DNA of 64,000 bases from Nitrospinales bacterium. Its GTDB lineage: Bacteria > Nitrospinota > Nitrospinia > Nitrospinales > VA-1. Of this stretch, positions 61,873 through 64,000 are shown one piece after another. The DNA lies in NCBI GenBank assembly GCA_965223345.1, contig CBDCWG010000012.1:640001-704000 (forward strand), in the 5' to 3' direction. Numbering within the stretch: position 1 is the stretch's first letter; each line of letters begins with the position of its first letter. A program made the translations under genes and the position numbers. Below the pieces are notes generated by a model. It did not search any database. It saw nothing but the letters and a program-made list of their open reading frames with translations, and had not been told where the DNA came from.

Positions 61873-62466
61873 TCAATGACCTCCAACACCGCTGACGCCG
61901 ATAGTGGCTGAAGTGCCGATTGCGCGGATGCTGTTATGCAGATCGCCAATGAACTCCATAGCGAATCCGGTGGTGGTCGATTCGATGACAACCGACCCCC
62001 AAAACATCAATGTGGTCACATCCCGGAACCCGTCACCGTCATTGGAGCTGGGTTTCACTCCTGGATTGGTAGCGACAGGCTCGATGAGTAAGTGACCGTG
62101 CTTGAAATCGGTGGATCCTGCGATGAATTGCGCCGTGGGAATATTGGTGGGATTGAATGTGGGGTCGTTGGTGCCCACAATGAATACTCGTTCTGTGCTG
62201 CCTGATGAAATCGTAAACGATATTGCCGTGCCAAATGTCGATTGATCATTTTGAATAGCGCTGAGGGTCAAACCGATCTGGGAAGCCATGTTCGATAGGG
62301 AAGGATGGGAAACGGCAATGAAGGAATAGGACGTGCTGTCCGATTGCCAATAGGGGGAGATGACACTTTGGCTGTTATCAGCAGCAGCTACCTGTTTTGT
62401 CCCGACCGCAGAAAAAACCAACAATACGAATGCAGTAAAAATCTGCTTCAATGGTTCGGTTTTCAT
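61873..62466 (-). CDS. Secreted Ser/Thr-rich hypothetical protein (paralogue B)
   Basis: Signal peptide; SPY, SHPSLS, SQIGL, TGFAMEFIGD shared with paralogue A. Confidence 0.75.
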   Translation of the reverse strand: MKTEPLKQIFTAFVLLVFSAVGTKQVAAADNSQSVISPYWQSDSTSYSFIAVSHPSLSNMASQIGLTLSAIQNDQSTFGTAISFTISSGSTERVFIVGTNDPTFNPTNIPTAQFIAGSTDFKHGHLLIEPVATNPGVKPSSNDGDGFRDVTTLMFWGSVVIESTTTGFAMEFIGDLHNSIRAIGTSATIGVSGVGGH

Positions 62467-62563
62467 TTTATTGCTCCGAATTTTTTGAATTGTGGGGTAG
62501 AGGCGGCAAGCTGGATTATTTTGGAGTTTAATCTTAAATTGGCATGAATGACCGGGGTGGATT

Positions 62564-63067
62564 TCAGATAGGTCCGTTTTTTATGATTGTATTTTCCTCG
62601 GGTTTGTTCATGCCTTCCGGTAATATTGTGTGCGCGTCGCAACGGGTTGTATCGATTTGTTTGCGAGTCAAGCCGGAAGCCATTTTTAAATTTGCGCCTC
62701 GCAAGTCTGTGGACTGAAGATTCGCTTCGTGTAAATCCGCTCGCTTCAGGTTGGCCCCTTGCAGGTTGGCTCCTTGAAGGTTCGCCCAGCGTAAATTTGC
62801 ACCCCGCAAATTAGCCTCCTGTAGGTTGCAGTTTTCCAGGTCGGATTTTTTCAGATAGGCTCCATATAGGAAAGCTCCTTGAAAACAGGCTTGCCTCAAT
62901 AAAGCTCCCATAAAGACCGCACCTTTCAGGTTTGCCTTTTTAAAGTTTGCTTTTTCCCCTTCCCTTCCATCCGACTCAATCCATCGCTTGTGATTTTCGA
63001 GACGCGATTTGATTTCGTCTTTGGAAAGTTCTATTCGCTCTGTATTCTGCTTGGATTCGGTAGACAT
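62564..63067 (-). CDS. Pentapeptide repeat protein
   Basis: HKRWIES.G.EG then A(N/D)LxG repeats. Confidence 0.9.
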   Translation of the reverse strand: MSTESKQNTERIELSKDEIKSRLENHKRWIESDGREGEKANFKKANLKGAVFMGALLRQACFQGAFLYGAYLKKSDLENCNLQEANLRGANLRWANLQGANLQGANLKRADLHEANLQSTDLRGANLKMASGLTRKQIDTTRCDAHTILPEGMNKPEENTIIKNGPI

Positions 63068-63196
63068 CGTGAAGAGCTCTTGTGTTTGAAATATTGGCGA
63101 TCATCTTACCATGAGCGAATCACGAAGAAAAAGAACCCTTGAGATAACCCCGGGCGGTATCAAAGTGGCAATACTGGTTCATTGAAATTTTCAGAC

Positions 63197-64000
63197 TCAA
63201 GAAGCTTCGATTTGGGACAGCAATTTCAGAAATTTGATATTTTGCGGATCGGTTTTGAGCGCTTGCCCCAGGGATTGCCGCGCCGATTCTTTTTCATTCT
63301 GATCCAGTAAAAGCAACGCCATCTGGTAATGCGCTTCTGGATAATAGGGATTGATTTTTATGGAGTTTTGGAAAGATTCCAGTGCCATAGCGTCCTGGTT
63401 GCGGTCCCGGTACAGGATTCCCAGATTGAAGTGGGTGAGCATGCCTTTGGGATCGGCAGACAGAGATTTTTTCAGGATTTCCTCTGCCTGGCTCAGGTCT
63501 CCCTGCAGTCTTAAAGAGTCTGCCAGATTGTTGAGGTACGTGGAGTTTGCGGGATCCTGTTTCACGGCCGTCCGATAGTACTGGATGGCTTTGGGGTAAT
63601 CTTTTTGTTCTTTGTGCAGGTTTCCGATGTTGTTGTGCGCTTTGGCGTCCTGATCCCCTTCTTTCAAATCGATGGCTTGCTGCCATTGCTTTTTTGCCAG
63701 CTCTTTGTTGCCCTTGGCGTAGTGCACCATGCCCAGATTGATATGCAGTTGGACGTTTTCCGGATCCTTCGCCAAAACGGCTTCAAAGGCTTGTTCTGCC
63801 TGGTCGTACTGCTTGAGGCCGAAATGAACCAGACCTTTTTTTCGTTGCGCTTTGAGATTTTCGGGATTGTGCTTGAGGGCGAGTTTGAATTCTTCCAATG
63901 AGTTTTTGTACAGAGCGTGTTTGGCGAAGTCTAGGCCCAGCCGGTAATGTTCTTCCGATTGAGCCGGATTGATGGAAACGTCGTTGGAAGTGCAGGAGGA
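63197..64000 (-). CDS. TPR-repeat protein (5' end beyond window)
   Basis: Repeated TPR motifs (AHNNIG, HFNLG, AHYQMA); frame stays open to base 64000. Confidence 0.88.
   Translation of the reverse strand, partial: SSCTSNDVSINPAQSEEHYRLGLDFAKHALYKNSLEEFKLALKHNPENLKAQRKKGLVHFGLKQYDQAEQAFEAVLAKDPENVQLHINLGMVHYAKGNKELAKKQWQQAIDLKEGDQDAKAHNNIGNLHKEQKDYPKAIQYYRTAVKQDPANSTYLNNLADSLRLQGDLSQAEEILKKSLSADPKGMLTHFNLGILYRDRNQDAMALESFQNSIKINPYYPEAHYQMALLLLDQNEKESARQSLGQALKTDPQNIKFLKLLSQIEAS

Noticed and set aside
52849..64000. Genomic island integrated at tRNA-Asn
   Set aside because: No integrase and no duplicated tRNA 3' end found in the window; housekeeping-type trhP and hpnH are interspersed.

Overview
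Chromosomal replication-origin region of a GC-rich (roughly 55-60% by eye), Gram-negative, flagellated, hopanoid-making bacterium. A Nitrospina-like identity is my impression from gene content and is not demonstrated. Gene orientation flips at dnaA (mostly minus strand before, mostly plus after), and a Bacillus-type DnaA-box/GGCCC/DnaA-trio unwinding element lies between dnaA and gyrB. From left to right: flagellar flgFG-flgA-flgH(-flgI); coaD, aminotransferase and lnt; a DnaD-like/DnaC-like pair; the argH neighbourhood; an operon of MinD/ParA-like ATPase, bactofilin and L,D-transpeptidase; rsmG-parA-parB with parS sites; etfBA; a ~12.5 kb integrase-less phage-derived cluster abutting dnaA (repressor, frameshifted Rad50-like ATPase, lysis cassette, terminase, portal, and a prohead protease truncated and fused to a LamG-like fibre); dnaA-gyrB-gyrA; serS with all four tRNA-Ser plus tRNA-Arg(GCG); ffs-dnaX-ybaB-recR; tRNA-Asn; then accessory genes (glycine-zipper paralogues, nuclease, trhP, hpnH, a secreted paralogue pair). 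The two strongest leads are (1) a ~60-aa domain I do not recognise, shared by the bactofilin and the cytoplasmic N-terminus of the L,D-transpeptidase next to a MinD-like ATPase, and (2) the origin-linked, GTA-like or domesticated phage cluster. All family calls come from reading motifs by eye; no database searches were run.
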